From contig JBDLIE010000006.1 in the NCBI GenBank assembly GCA_039715015.1, forward strand, positions 29,405 through 93,404: a stretch of DNA of 64,000 bases, written 5' to 3'. Origin of the DNA: Thermodesulfobacteriota bacterium (GTDB taxonomy: Bacteria; Desulfobacterota; Desulfobulbia; Desulfobulbales; SURF-16). A program made the position numbers and the translations under genes. This document shows positions 36,634 to 44,708 of the stretch, piece by piece (the stretch's first letter is position 1; each line of letters starts with the position of its first letter). The notes beneath the pieces are model-generated. The model did not search any database. It was not told where the DNA came from and saw nothing but the letters and a program-made list of their open reading frames with translations.

Positions 36634-37905
36634 ATGGATAAACTCTTTGCCCTTGTGGACTGCAATAACTTCTACGTCTCCTGCGAACGCCTATTCCGGC
36701 CGGAGCTGCAGAGGAAACCTGTGGTGGTCCTTTCCAACAACGATGGCTGCATCATATCCCGCTCCAACGAGGCCAAGGCCTTGGGCCTTGGCATGGCTGC
36801 CCCCTATTTCAAAACAAAGGAGTTGATCCGCAGGCATAAGGTCCAGGTCTTTTCATCTAACTACGCCCTGTACGGCGATCTTTCCAACCGGGTGATGACC
36901 CTCCTCCAGGAAATGGAGGATAAGGTGGAGGTTTACTCCATTGACGAGGCCTTTCTTTCCCTGCCGGCAGGTCGCTCTTTCGATGTTGCCGCCTATGCAG
37001 AACGGATAAAAAAAAGAATATTCCAGTGCGTGGGAATCTCGGTGTCCATCGGCATTGGGCCCACCAAGACCCTGGCCAAAATTGCCAACCGCATCGCCAA
37101 AAAAGAGCCCTGCCACCAGGGGGTTTTCATGTTCCGCTCCGGCGACCAGGGGGACAGACTCCTGTCTGAAATCAAGGTAGGCGATGTCTGGGGCATTGGC
37201 CGCCGTTCCACTGAAAAACTACAGAGGCAGGGCATCACAAACGCTCTGCACCTAAAAAAGGCTGAACAAAAATGGCTTCGCAGGCAACTCACCGTCACCG
37301 GGGCCCGCACAGCACTGGAGCTTAACGGCACCTCCTGCATCACCCTTGACCAGGCGCCAATGGCCAGAAAATCGGTGCTCAGCTCCCGCTCCTTCAAAAA
37401 ACCGGTGCAAAGCCTGACTGAACTCAAAGAGGCAGTGGCCACCTATGCAGCCATAGCGGCCGCCAAGCTGCGGGATCAAAATTTAGTCGCCGGCGCACTA
37501 CAGGTCTTTATTAACACCAACCGTTTTGACACACGCCACCCCTTCTATGCCAACAGCAGGACCATGATCCTGCCCCAAGCCAGCGCCCACACTGCCACCC
37601 TTATCAACAAGGCATTGCAAGGACTTACCTCCATTTATAGAGAGAACCTTGGCTACCAAAAGGCCGGGGTCATGCTCACCGACCTCAGTGGCAAGAATCG
37701 CTGCCAACAACATCTCTTTACGGCAACCAGCAAAGAACCGGCAGCCCTGATGACTGCCCTGGACAACATCAATGGGCGCTGGGGACGCAATACCCTCCAG
37801 TACGCGGCCGAGGGCATCAACAAACCGTGGGCCATGCGCCAAGATTTCAAATCACCGGCCTACACCACCAGTTGGCAAGAACTGCCCCTGGCCCATTGCC
37901 GCTAG
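36634..37905 (+). CDS. umuC: Y-family DNA polymerase V subunit UmuC
   Basis: VDCNNFYVSCE, VLSNNDGC, SSNYALYGD, YSIDEAF, SPAYTT.W C-terminus. Confidence 0.96.
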   Translation: MDKLFALVDCNNFYVSCERLFRPELQRKPVVVLSNNDGCIISRSNEAKALGLGMAAPYFKTKELIRRHKVQVFSSNYALYGDLSNRVMTLLQEMEDKVEVYSIDEAFLSLPAGRSFDVAAYAERIKKRIFQCVGISVSIGIGPTKTLAKIANRIAKKEPCHQGVFMFRSGDQGDRLLSEIKVGDVWGIGRRSTEKLQRQGITNALHLKKAEQKWLRRQLTVTGARTALELNGTSCITLDQAPMARKSVLSSRSFKKPVQSLTELKEAVATYAAIAAAKLRDQNLVAGALQVFINTNRFDTRHPFYANSRTMILPQASAHTATLINKALQGLTSIYRENLGYQKAGVMLTDLSGKNRCQQHLFTATSKEPAALMTALDNINGRWGRNTLQYAAEGINKPWAMRQDFKSPAYTTSWQELPLAHCR

Positions 37906-37981
37906 CGCCACGTATCAGGGGAACAGGCAAGGAATGCCCGTAACAAGGCAATAAGCCAATCCCCGCCAGGCAATAAAATAC

Positions 37982-38953
37982 CTACCACACCCATTTCAAG
38001 AAATAGAGATCTCCTTTGCGGGCCTTATGTAGCTTCCAGGTCAGCCGCAGCTTATCTGGAGCAGTCTCAATCTCAGGGTCGGGAATCGCAACTCTGTCTT
38101 CCATGCCGCCGACTTTCTTAAATGCCTCGTAAGACTTGAAAGGCTTGTCCGGCGGAAAGGTGATATGCATGGTAAAACTTTCCGTATCTGCATAAAATTC
38201 CTCCCCGGCCCACTCAAACTCATCACCGATAAAGGCATTATTGTATTTCAGCCGGTAGGTGATCTCCTGAGCATCCGAACCGCTCACAGGAACGGTGAGA
38301 TAATAGGAACTCATATATCCACCCTTGGCCAGAAAATCTTTGAACTTTTTCCGGCCTTGCAAGATATCACAAAAGGGATTCCAGATAGATGCGGCAGGGG
38401 AGACAATCTTCTTCCACGTTGCGTTACCGGGTTTCTCAAGGGGACCGATGCTGTGCCCGGATGTTGCATGCCGCATATTGATCTCTTTTGTGCCGGGATC
38501 AACCTTCTCGATAACGATTCTGTCCAACCGTTCGCTTTCGCTGAGTTCGGAGGCGAGAATTGCATCCAACCCCAACTCTTTGCGTTTCCGTAAATCAATA
38601 CGGACTTCCTGTTCAAGAATGGCAAAGCCAAAGTCGGTGAGCTCGGCAGTTGAAGAAACATTTTTATCATTTTTCTCAGCCCTGCCCAACGGGCCTATGA
38701 ACTTGCGCAGTTTCACAGAGGTGCATGTAACAACAAAACCCAAAATCATCATGAGCAGAGAAAAGTGAGTGGTGTCTACCCGGGCACCCCCAAGAGGCAC
38801 AACATCAGGCCAGCCGAACATGTCAACAAGGGCGGGGATGCTGCTGATGGCAGCAAAAAGCGCTGAAATCGCCGCCGTATAGGCGGTGGCAAGATTGATC
38901 ATCCCCAAAGGATTTGGGCGAGATTCGCCAGACACATGATTGGCAGGGGGCAT
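37982..38953 (-). CDS. Hypothetical protein: two TM helices + C-terminal beta-sandwich-like domain
   Basis: Two hydrophobic helices, ITFPPDKP...LTWK...GDLYFLKWVW tail; GGGAG RBS. Confidence 0.75.
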   Translation of the reverse strand: MPPANHVSGESRPNPLGMINLATAYTAAISALFAAISSIPALVDMFGWPDVVPLGGARVDTTHFSLLMMILGFVVTCTSVKLRKFIGPLGRAEKNDKNVSSTAELTDFGFAILEQEVRIDLRKRKELGLDAILASELSESERLDRIVIEKVDPGTKEINMRHATSGHSIGPLEKPGNATWKKIVSPAASIWNPFCDILQGRKKFKDFLAKGGYMSSYYLTVPVSGSDAQEITYRLKYNNAFIGDEFEWAGEEFYADTESFTMHITFPPDKPFKSYEAFKKVGGMEDRVAIPDPEIETAPDKLRLTWKLHKARKGDLYFLKWVW

Positions 38954-38989
38954 ATTCTTTCTCCCTTTTATGTGTTGTTTTGTTAAACC

Positions 38990-39979
38990 TCAGGCGGTCA
39001 ATGCAGCTGGCAACGTGTCCCCAAAACGTAAAGGGCTCTTGTTGGGCTCAGCTAATAATTTTTTTTGGATTTCGGGCATTTCGGCAATGGAAATTGTGTG
39101 GCAATGCTCATTTTCGGCCAGACCTTTGATGATATTGAGAATCTCCTGGTAATGGCCATCTGGGGCAAAACCGGATCCTTGCAGAGAAAAATTTTTACTC
39201 AGATATCTGGCAAGTTTTTTCACCGGTGTCCCAGAGAATGGCGCGAGAGATTCTTCATATTTTTCAAGGTGGGTGGCCAGGTCAAAGACCAGATAGCAAT
39301 GTTCGAGAATTTCTTCTTGAGACAAGGCCGGCAAATGCCTTTGCCCAGCTGAGATTTCGGCAACGGCTACAGGTGTGTTACGTTGGTGTTCCACCTGAGG
39401 TGAGAGAAAAATTTTTGTATTACCGACATAGATCAATGCATCCACAGGGTAGGCACCTTCTAAGAGAAAATCCGAAAATATCCCGACATGATAGTCAGGT
39501 TGAGCAGTAAACACCCCTTCACTTTTATTCATCACGACAAACTGGTCTTGATCAAGGAGGGTGAGCCAGGCTTCAACGGCAGTATGGGCAGAGGGGATGA
39601 GCTGGGTAAATGCATAACCGGCATCAAAGATAAACTTATAGACGGTGTCCCAGTTTGCGATGCTCCCTTTGAAAACCGGCACTATTGTGCTGCAATGGGA
39701 TGAAAATTTATGCACCAGTTGCCCAGGGCAAGGATTGGTGCCATAGGCAACCACCGGAATCCGTTCCTCAAGGCCAGAAACATTGTGGCGTTTGAGGTAA
39801 TCGTTAAGTCCCGCTTGGCCAGCGCGGCCCTGGATGGTTGTTTTCGCAAGACCTTGGCAAGGCGAACCGATATGCCGCACATAGCCATCGCCATCAAGCA
39901 GGTATGAGCTTGGCGGCCGCCGGCCTGGATGGACAAAGGGATCTTGCCGGGGCGCGATGTAGTCAGAGGCGGGCAACAT
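38990..39979 (-). CDS. Hypothetical protein with a gamma-glutamylcyclotransferase-like motif
   Basis: RIPVVAYGTN..P.QL resembles the GGCT YGS(N/L) motif; MNKSEG resembles the catalytic-Glu EG motif. Confidence 0.55.
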   Translation of the reverse strand: MLPASDYIAPRQDPFVHPGRRPPSSYLLDGDGYVRHIGSPCQGLAKTTIQGRAGQAGLNDYLKRHNVSGLEERIPVVAYGTNPCPGQLVHKFSSHCSTIVPVFKGSIANWDTVYKFIFDAGYAFTQLIPSAHTAVEAWLTLLDQDQFVVMNKSEGVFTAQPDYHVGIFSDFLLEGAYPVDALIYVGNTKIFLSPQVEHQRNTPVAVAEISAGQRHLPALSQEEILEHCYLVFDLATHLEKYEESLAPFSGTPVKKLARYLSKNFSLQGSGFAPDGHYQEILNIIKGLAENEHCHTISIAEMPEIQKKLLAEPNKSPLRFGDTLPAALTA

Positions 39980-40061
39980 GTGCTTGGCTTACCGGGTTTA
40001 TTTTGGGTCCATCACGGATTACCGTGGGTGAGTTGCTTATTGTATTGATCTCTTTAGTCGC

Positions 40062-40114
40062 AATATTCTTTGGTTCCTTTTCCCGGCTCCCTGCTCGCTC
40101 AGGGCTGGATGGGG
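40062..40114. repeat. Partial inverted copy of the 34792 element
   Basis: Reverse complement CCCCATCCAGCCCTGAGCGAGCAGGGAGCCGGGAAAAGG matches 34792-34830. Confidence 0.75.
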
Positions 40115-40433
40115 GGGGGAGAGATGACCGGCATACTTCTCAAGAAATTACAAAAAAGTCTTTCTTTTATACCCACTCTTTTTCCGTGAAGAACCTTATT
40201 TTGTCTTTTCTGCGGGGTGGATTTTCATTTTATACAGAGGCGTTGCATTCTGTCTACTCCTTCACCGGCCAGGGCCTGAGATAACGTTGCCAGCAAGGAA
40301 GAACGCCCCCTGCGCAATTATCGACAATGGCTCTCTAAACAATGTGTTAAGCCTGGAGTTTTGCCACGCAAGGCACAAAAAAATTGGTTTGTCAGTTCCG
40401 TGGTCTAAAATAACATAGTGTAAGGCGCCTCTC

Positions 40434-41003
40434 TCAGGCCGCGGGTTTTAGCAGACGCCGGACCACAAATTTTTCCATCAAAAGAACGATGATGGCAGTG
40501 ATCACCATGGTGAAGGGCATGGGGCTGAAGTTATTGCCAAAGGAGGCCAGGAGCTGATGGGATCTGGGGGAGACCTTCTTCCCCTCTATCTGGTAGGTAT
40601 AGATGGATGTGCGCTGACCGTTTGCTTCGCCGATGGTGATCACAACCTGCTGAAGTTTTTCAGAAAGGGTCTCCACCTTGAAAGTCACCCGATCAGCATG
40701 GGTCAGCAGCCCCTCACCCTGAACCCGATACAGGTACCAGGAACGCTCTTTGGCGCCTGTCAGGCCTGCATAATCCGCCTTGGCAAGACTGCGCAGGACA
40801 AGGGTCTCGTTCCCCTCCTCTTGACGATCCACCACAAGAACCGGGAAATAATCGGGGCCATTTCCGGCACCGTACTCCTTACTGTCCTGGACCGAGGCAG
40901 GGCCGGCCATATAGACGTGCAGACCGACATAGACCCCAACAAAAACCATAAAATATAAGAGTAGGACACAGGTTCGTATGAACACCCTCAAGGCCAAAGC
41001 CAT
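40434..41003 (-). CDS. Hypothetical membrane protein (N- and C-terminal TM helices)
   Basis: 189-aa ORF, AGGGAG RBS, two hydrophobic helices. Confidence 0.75.
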   Translation of the reverse strand: MALALRVFIRTCVLLLYFMVFVGVYVGLHVYMAGPASVQDSKEYGAGNGPDYFPVLVVDRQEEGNETLVLRSLAKADYAGLTGAKERSWYLYRVQGEGLLTHADRVTFKVETLSEKLQQVVITIGEANGQRTSIYTYQIEGKKVSPRSHQLLASFGNNFSPMPFTMVITAIIVLLMEKFVVRRLLKPAA

Positions 41004-41108
41004 GGATTTCCGCCCTCCCTATGGTTTATAATAAAAATCGAGTCGAGGCGGTATATTGTACCTGGAAGAAAAAAACTGACAAGCTTCTCCCTTAAAAAAG
41101 AACCCTCT

Positions 41109-42836
41109 ATGAATAGCTCTTTAGACCTCTGGAAACTCCTGGCCGGCCTGGCCATCTTTCTCTACGGCATGTTTCTCCTGGAGGATTCCATCAAGGCCAT
41201 GTCCGGCAGGGCCTTCCGCAAGATGATCAGACAATACACCAATGGCCGCCTGCGCTCTATGAGCAGCGGCGCCCTGGTGACCGCTATCCTGCAGAGCAGT
41301 TCGGCGGTTTCTCTCATGGTTCTGGCCTTTGTCGGGGCCGGGGTGATGACCATGGAAAACGGTATCGGCGTGATGGTGGGATCGAACATCGGCACCACCT
41401 TTACCGCCTGGGTCGTTGCCGTCTTTGGCTTTAAGCTTAAAATCGAAAGCTTTGCCCTGCCCCTCATTGCCGTGGGGGGTATGATCCTCATCGTCTTTGG
41501 ATCCCCATCCCGATTCTTCCAGGCCAGCCGCCTTCTCATGGGCTTCGGCTTCCTCTTCCTCGGCCTGGACTTCATGAAGACCAGCGTTGAGAGCTTTACC
41601 CAGCATTTTGATGTCCAAGGCATCGCCGCATACGGCCTCTGGCTTTATGCTCTCTTTGGCATACTGATCACGGCCCTCATGCAATCAAGCTCGGCCAGTA
41701 TCGCCATTGTTCTCACTGCCGTAAACAGTGGCCTAATCGGGTTCACCATGGCAGCAGCCATGGTGATCGGCGCCAATATCGGCACCACCATCACCGTCTT
41801 GCTTGGTTCCATCGCCGCTATACCATCAAAAAAACGGGTCAGTGTCAGTCATCTCATCTTTAATCTGGTTACCGGCGCCGCCGCCTTTATTGCCCTACAC
41901 CCCCTGGTCTGGATGGTGAGCTGTTTTTTTGACATTGCGACAAATAGCGTCATGGCCCTGGCCCTCTTCCACACCCTGTTCAATCTCCTCGGGGCCCTGC
42001 TCTTTTTCCCCTTTATTGGTCAGCTCTCGCGCTTTCTGCTCAGGACCTATCCAGACCACAAGGAAAGACTCACTGTTTTTTTGGGCAACACCCCCACTGA
42101 GGTACCGGATGCCGCCACCGCCTCCTTACGGCAGGAGATCATCCATCTTTTTAAGGAATGCCAGCTTTACAACCTGCGCTCCTTCCGGATTGATGACAAA
42201 CTTGTTTTCGACCAGCCCCTGCCCTTTGAGAAAAGCAGCGGCAAACGTTTTCAGCTTCACGACCAGTACGACAGCGTCAAGCTCCTCCATGGTGAAATTA
42301 TTGAGTTCTACGCCAAGCTTCTCAATGAAAAGCTGGTAGAAACCGAGGCCAGGGAGTTGGAGAGAATCATCTTCGCCTCCCGCAACATCATGAATTCCAT
42401 CAAAAACATCAAAGGAATGCGCCACAATCTTGAGGAATTTGAGGCGGCGGACAACGATTTTCTCAACAACCAGTACAAGTCGTTCAGGCGCCGACTCATG
42501 GAGCTGTATCATGACATCAACCGTTTCCTGGAGCTTGACACTTTGCAGGAACAGTACCGGGAGCTGCTGCGCTCCATTGTCCACCTGGAACAGATCGATA
42601 AACGCTTTATCAAAGACACCATGAAAAAGGCCGCCTCCGGAGCCATTAAGGAGATCGACATTGCTTCCCTGCTCATGGTCAACCGTCTCTTCAACCAGGC
42701 CTGCCGTCTGCAGATCTTTGCCCTCAAGGACCTGCTGCTCAGCCAGGAGCAGATCCGCGATTTTGACCATGCCCTGGAGATGAAGGCCTTTCTTGATGAG
42801 GAGAAGGCCAAGGACGGACAAAATGGACCGCAATAA
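41109..42836 (+). CDS. Na+/Pi cotransporter family (SLC34/YjbB-like) protein with PhoU-like tail
   Basis: Two inverted repeats with ILQSSSA / LMQSSSA and GSNIGTT / GANIGTT; helical cytoplasmic C-terminus. Confidence 0.92.
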   Translation: MNSSLDLWKLLAGLAIFLYGMFLLEDSIKAMSGRAFRKMIRQYTNGRLRSMSSGALVTAILQSSSAVSLMVLAFVGAGVMTMENGIGVMVGSNIGTTFTAWVVAVFGFKLKIESFALPLIAVGGMILIVFGSPSRFFQASRLLMGFGFLFLGLDFMKTSVESFTQHFDVQGIAAYGLWLYALFGILITALMQSSSASIAIVLTAVNSGLIGFTMAAAMVIGANIGTTITVLLGSIAAIPSKKRVSVSHLIFNLVTGAAAFIALHPLVWMVSCFFDIATNSVMALALFHTLFNLLGALLFFPFIGQLSRFLLRTYPDHKERLTVFLGNTPTEVPDAATASLRQEIIHLFKECQLYNLRSFRIDDKLVFDQPLPFEKSSGKRFQLHDQYDSVKLLHGEIIEFYAKLLNEKLVETEARELERIIFASRNIMNSIKNIKGMRHNLEEFEAADNDFLNNQYKSFRRRLMELYHDINRFLELDTLQEQYRELLRSIVHLEQIDKRFIKDTMKKAASGAIKEIDIASLLMVNRLFNQACRLQIFALKDLLLSQEQIRDFDHALEMKAFLDEEKAKDGQNGPQ

Positions 42837-42846
42837 GGGAACACCC

Positions 42847-43068
42847 ATGCTCGCCAATGAACCTTTTGACTACCGGGGCGACTGCTGACAAGGTTTTAAG
42901 GACGTAAGGTTACGTCTGCGCCAAGCCCCTTCCGGGGGGAGATTCAGCTTCATCTGTGCCCAGGATACTGCCGGCAAAATGGACAGGGTCATCGCCTTTA
43001 GCGATGGCCGGACCATCTCCAAAGAACGCCAGGGCAACGACACCCTCTTTGTGGTGGAAAAAAGCTGA
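42847..43068 (+). CDS. TusA/SirA-fold selenoprotein (Sec at codon 14, TGA 42886-42888)
   Basis: AAGGGA RBS; MLANEPFDYRGDC-U-QGFKDVRLRLRQAPSGGRFSFICAQDTAGKMDRVIAFSDGRTISKERQGNDTLFVVEKS; U aligns with the TusA catalytic Cys; downstream SECIS-like hairpin. Confidence 0.8.
42901..42916 (+). promoter_or_regulatory. Bacterial SECIS-like hairpin
   Basis: GACGTA-AGGT-TACGTC beginning 12 nt after the in-frame TGA; GGU-containing apical loop as in E. coli fdhF. Confidence 0.75.
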
Positions 43069-43220
43069 GCTAAGCAAGGGCAGACTCCAGTTTCCCGCCT
43101 TTTCATCATTGACCAGACACGGCCACATCCTCTTCCTCTTCCAGGCTGAAAACGCGGCGGATATTCTCCCTTGAGACATAAGAAAATAATACCTCAAGAC
43201 CTGACCCCAGGGGTTCTCCC

Positions 43221-43961
43221 ATGAAAAAGTTCATCTCACATTTATCGCCATTGTTGACGTTTTTGACCCTAACTAGCTTTGTGTTTTCCACGGGTTGTGC
43301 AGGCCCGATTTATAAAGCCAGAAATAACGAACTAAAAACAGACCATGCGGACATGGTCACGGTCATGGACTTCTCAAAACCAATCAGCATCAATCCCATT
43401 GAACCAGGTTGGTATCACTACACGTTTTTCTGGCACAAACCAATGGGGGTTGATTTTGTGACTAAGGAAAATGTTCCGGCCATTAGACTAAACAGCAACA
43501 ACTCTGCCTCGATCATCATCCGTCATGTCGATATAGATTTAGACGAGTATCCATTTTTAAGCTGGAATTGGTTTATTGAACAGCCAATCACAAGTACAAA
43601 AAATGAAAAGTTCTGGTGGGGAGATGACCACCCGGCCCGTCTTGTCATCTTTTTTCAGACTGATTCCGGCAAGAAGCGCAGCATGGAAATCATTTGGGGA
43701 AACCGGCTCAAGGGCGGCGATTATAAGTACACCTCCTTATCACACCATTATGTGGCAAGGGGAGGCACAGACGATCTTAACAGGTGGATTCATGAGGAGG
43801 TAAATCTGTTACAGATCTACCACAACATTTGGCCAGGCCCTAAACCGGCAAAGGTTATGGCTATCGGCATATTTACGGATTCCGACAACACCAATGGCAA
43901 AACCACCTGCTATTTCGGAACTGTTTCCATGAAAAAACAAAAACCTGCCAAACAACTGTAA
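43221..43961 (+). CDS. DUF3047-like lipoprotein
   Basis: Lipobox FSTGC, LSWNW, GDDHPARL, IGIFTDSDNT. Confidence 0.8.
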   Translation: MKKFISHLSPLLTFLTLTSFVFSTGCAGPIYKARNNELKTDHADMVTVMDFSKPISINPIEPGWYHYTFFWHKPMGVDFVTKENVPAIRLNSNNSASIIIRHVDIDLDEYPFLSWNWFIEQPITSTKNEKFWWGDDHPARLVIFFQTDSGKKRSMEIIWGNRLKGGDYKYTSLSHHYVARGGTDDLNRWIHEEVNLLQIYHNIWPGPKPAKVMAIGIFTDSDNTNGKTTCYFGTVSMKKQKPAKQL

Positions 43962-43969
43962 AGTCTCCC

Positions 43970-44566
43970 GTGAATACTCAAAGCCATGCGATCCTGACCT
44001 TTTTCCTTATCCGTTGTTTCCTCGGCAAGCAGACCCTACGCTTAAAAGGTTTACACGCTGCCATTTTCACCGGTGCCATAACTCCTGACCTGCCCATCTA
44101 TACATTCTTTTTCTGGTATACTTTTTTTCAGCCAACCCCTCAGCAGACGATCTGGAATGAACTTTACTTTCAAAAAAGCTGGCACCTGTTATTCAGTCTT
44201 TTCCATTCGTTTCCCGTCTGGGGAGCGGCAACGGCAGCATGCTTTTTATTGAAAAAAACAAGGGCCGCGCTCTTCTGCCTGGCGGCCTTCATTGCTGCTG
44301 TTGAGGACTTTCTCCTTCACCATGACGATGGCCACGCCCACTTCTTTCCGTTCTCCGATTTCCGCTTCTCCTCCCCTGTTTCCTATTGGGACCCAAATCA
44401 TTACGGCCGCATGGCCTCAGGCCTAGAAATAGCCTGTGCCCTTACTGCCGCTGTCTGGATATTCAAACATCTTGAGAGCCGTTGGGGACAGGGCCTGCTT
44501 GTTGTAACCGTTACAACGCTGCTTGCCACCAATAGTCTGTGGGCATTTCTTTTCAAATTATTTTAA
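43970..44566 (+). CDS. Membrane-bound metal-dependent hydrolase-like protein
   Basis: MNTQSH, GAITPDLP, FHSF, DFLLHHDDGHAHFFP, SPVSYWDP.HYG. Confidence 0.7.
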   Translation: MNTQSHAILTFFLIRCFLGKQTLRLKGLHAAIFTGAITPDLPIYTFFFWYTFFQPTPQQTIWNELYFQKSWHLLFSLFHSFPVWGAATAACFLLKKTRAALFCLAAFIAAVEDFLLHHDDGHAHFFPFSDFRFSSPVSYWDPNHYGRMASGLEIACALTAAVWIFKHLESRWGQGLLVVTVTTLLATNSLWAFLFKLF

Positions 44567-44708
44567 AATGTGGCTTTGTAACAATTCGCAGGCTTTAGGA
44601 AAATATGGATTTTCTGGTTATGGGCGACAAGCGATGGACGTCCACTCTCCAAAGAACCAAGAGGCGGTGCCCCCTCCTGGTGGCGGCAAAAACCTGAGCC
44701 AGCCTTCC

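Noticed and set aside
40099..40262. Minus-strand AAGGAG RBS + MQRLCIK-TGA (CxxU-like) with an open frame beyond
   Set aside because: No compact hairpin at SECIS distance, the downstream peptide resembles no redox fold, and it runs into a repeat; probably chance.
43066..43068. Second TGA of the Sec-TusA ORF as a further Sec
   Set aside because: It falls at the normal TusA C-terminus and no hairpin follows; treated as the stop.
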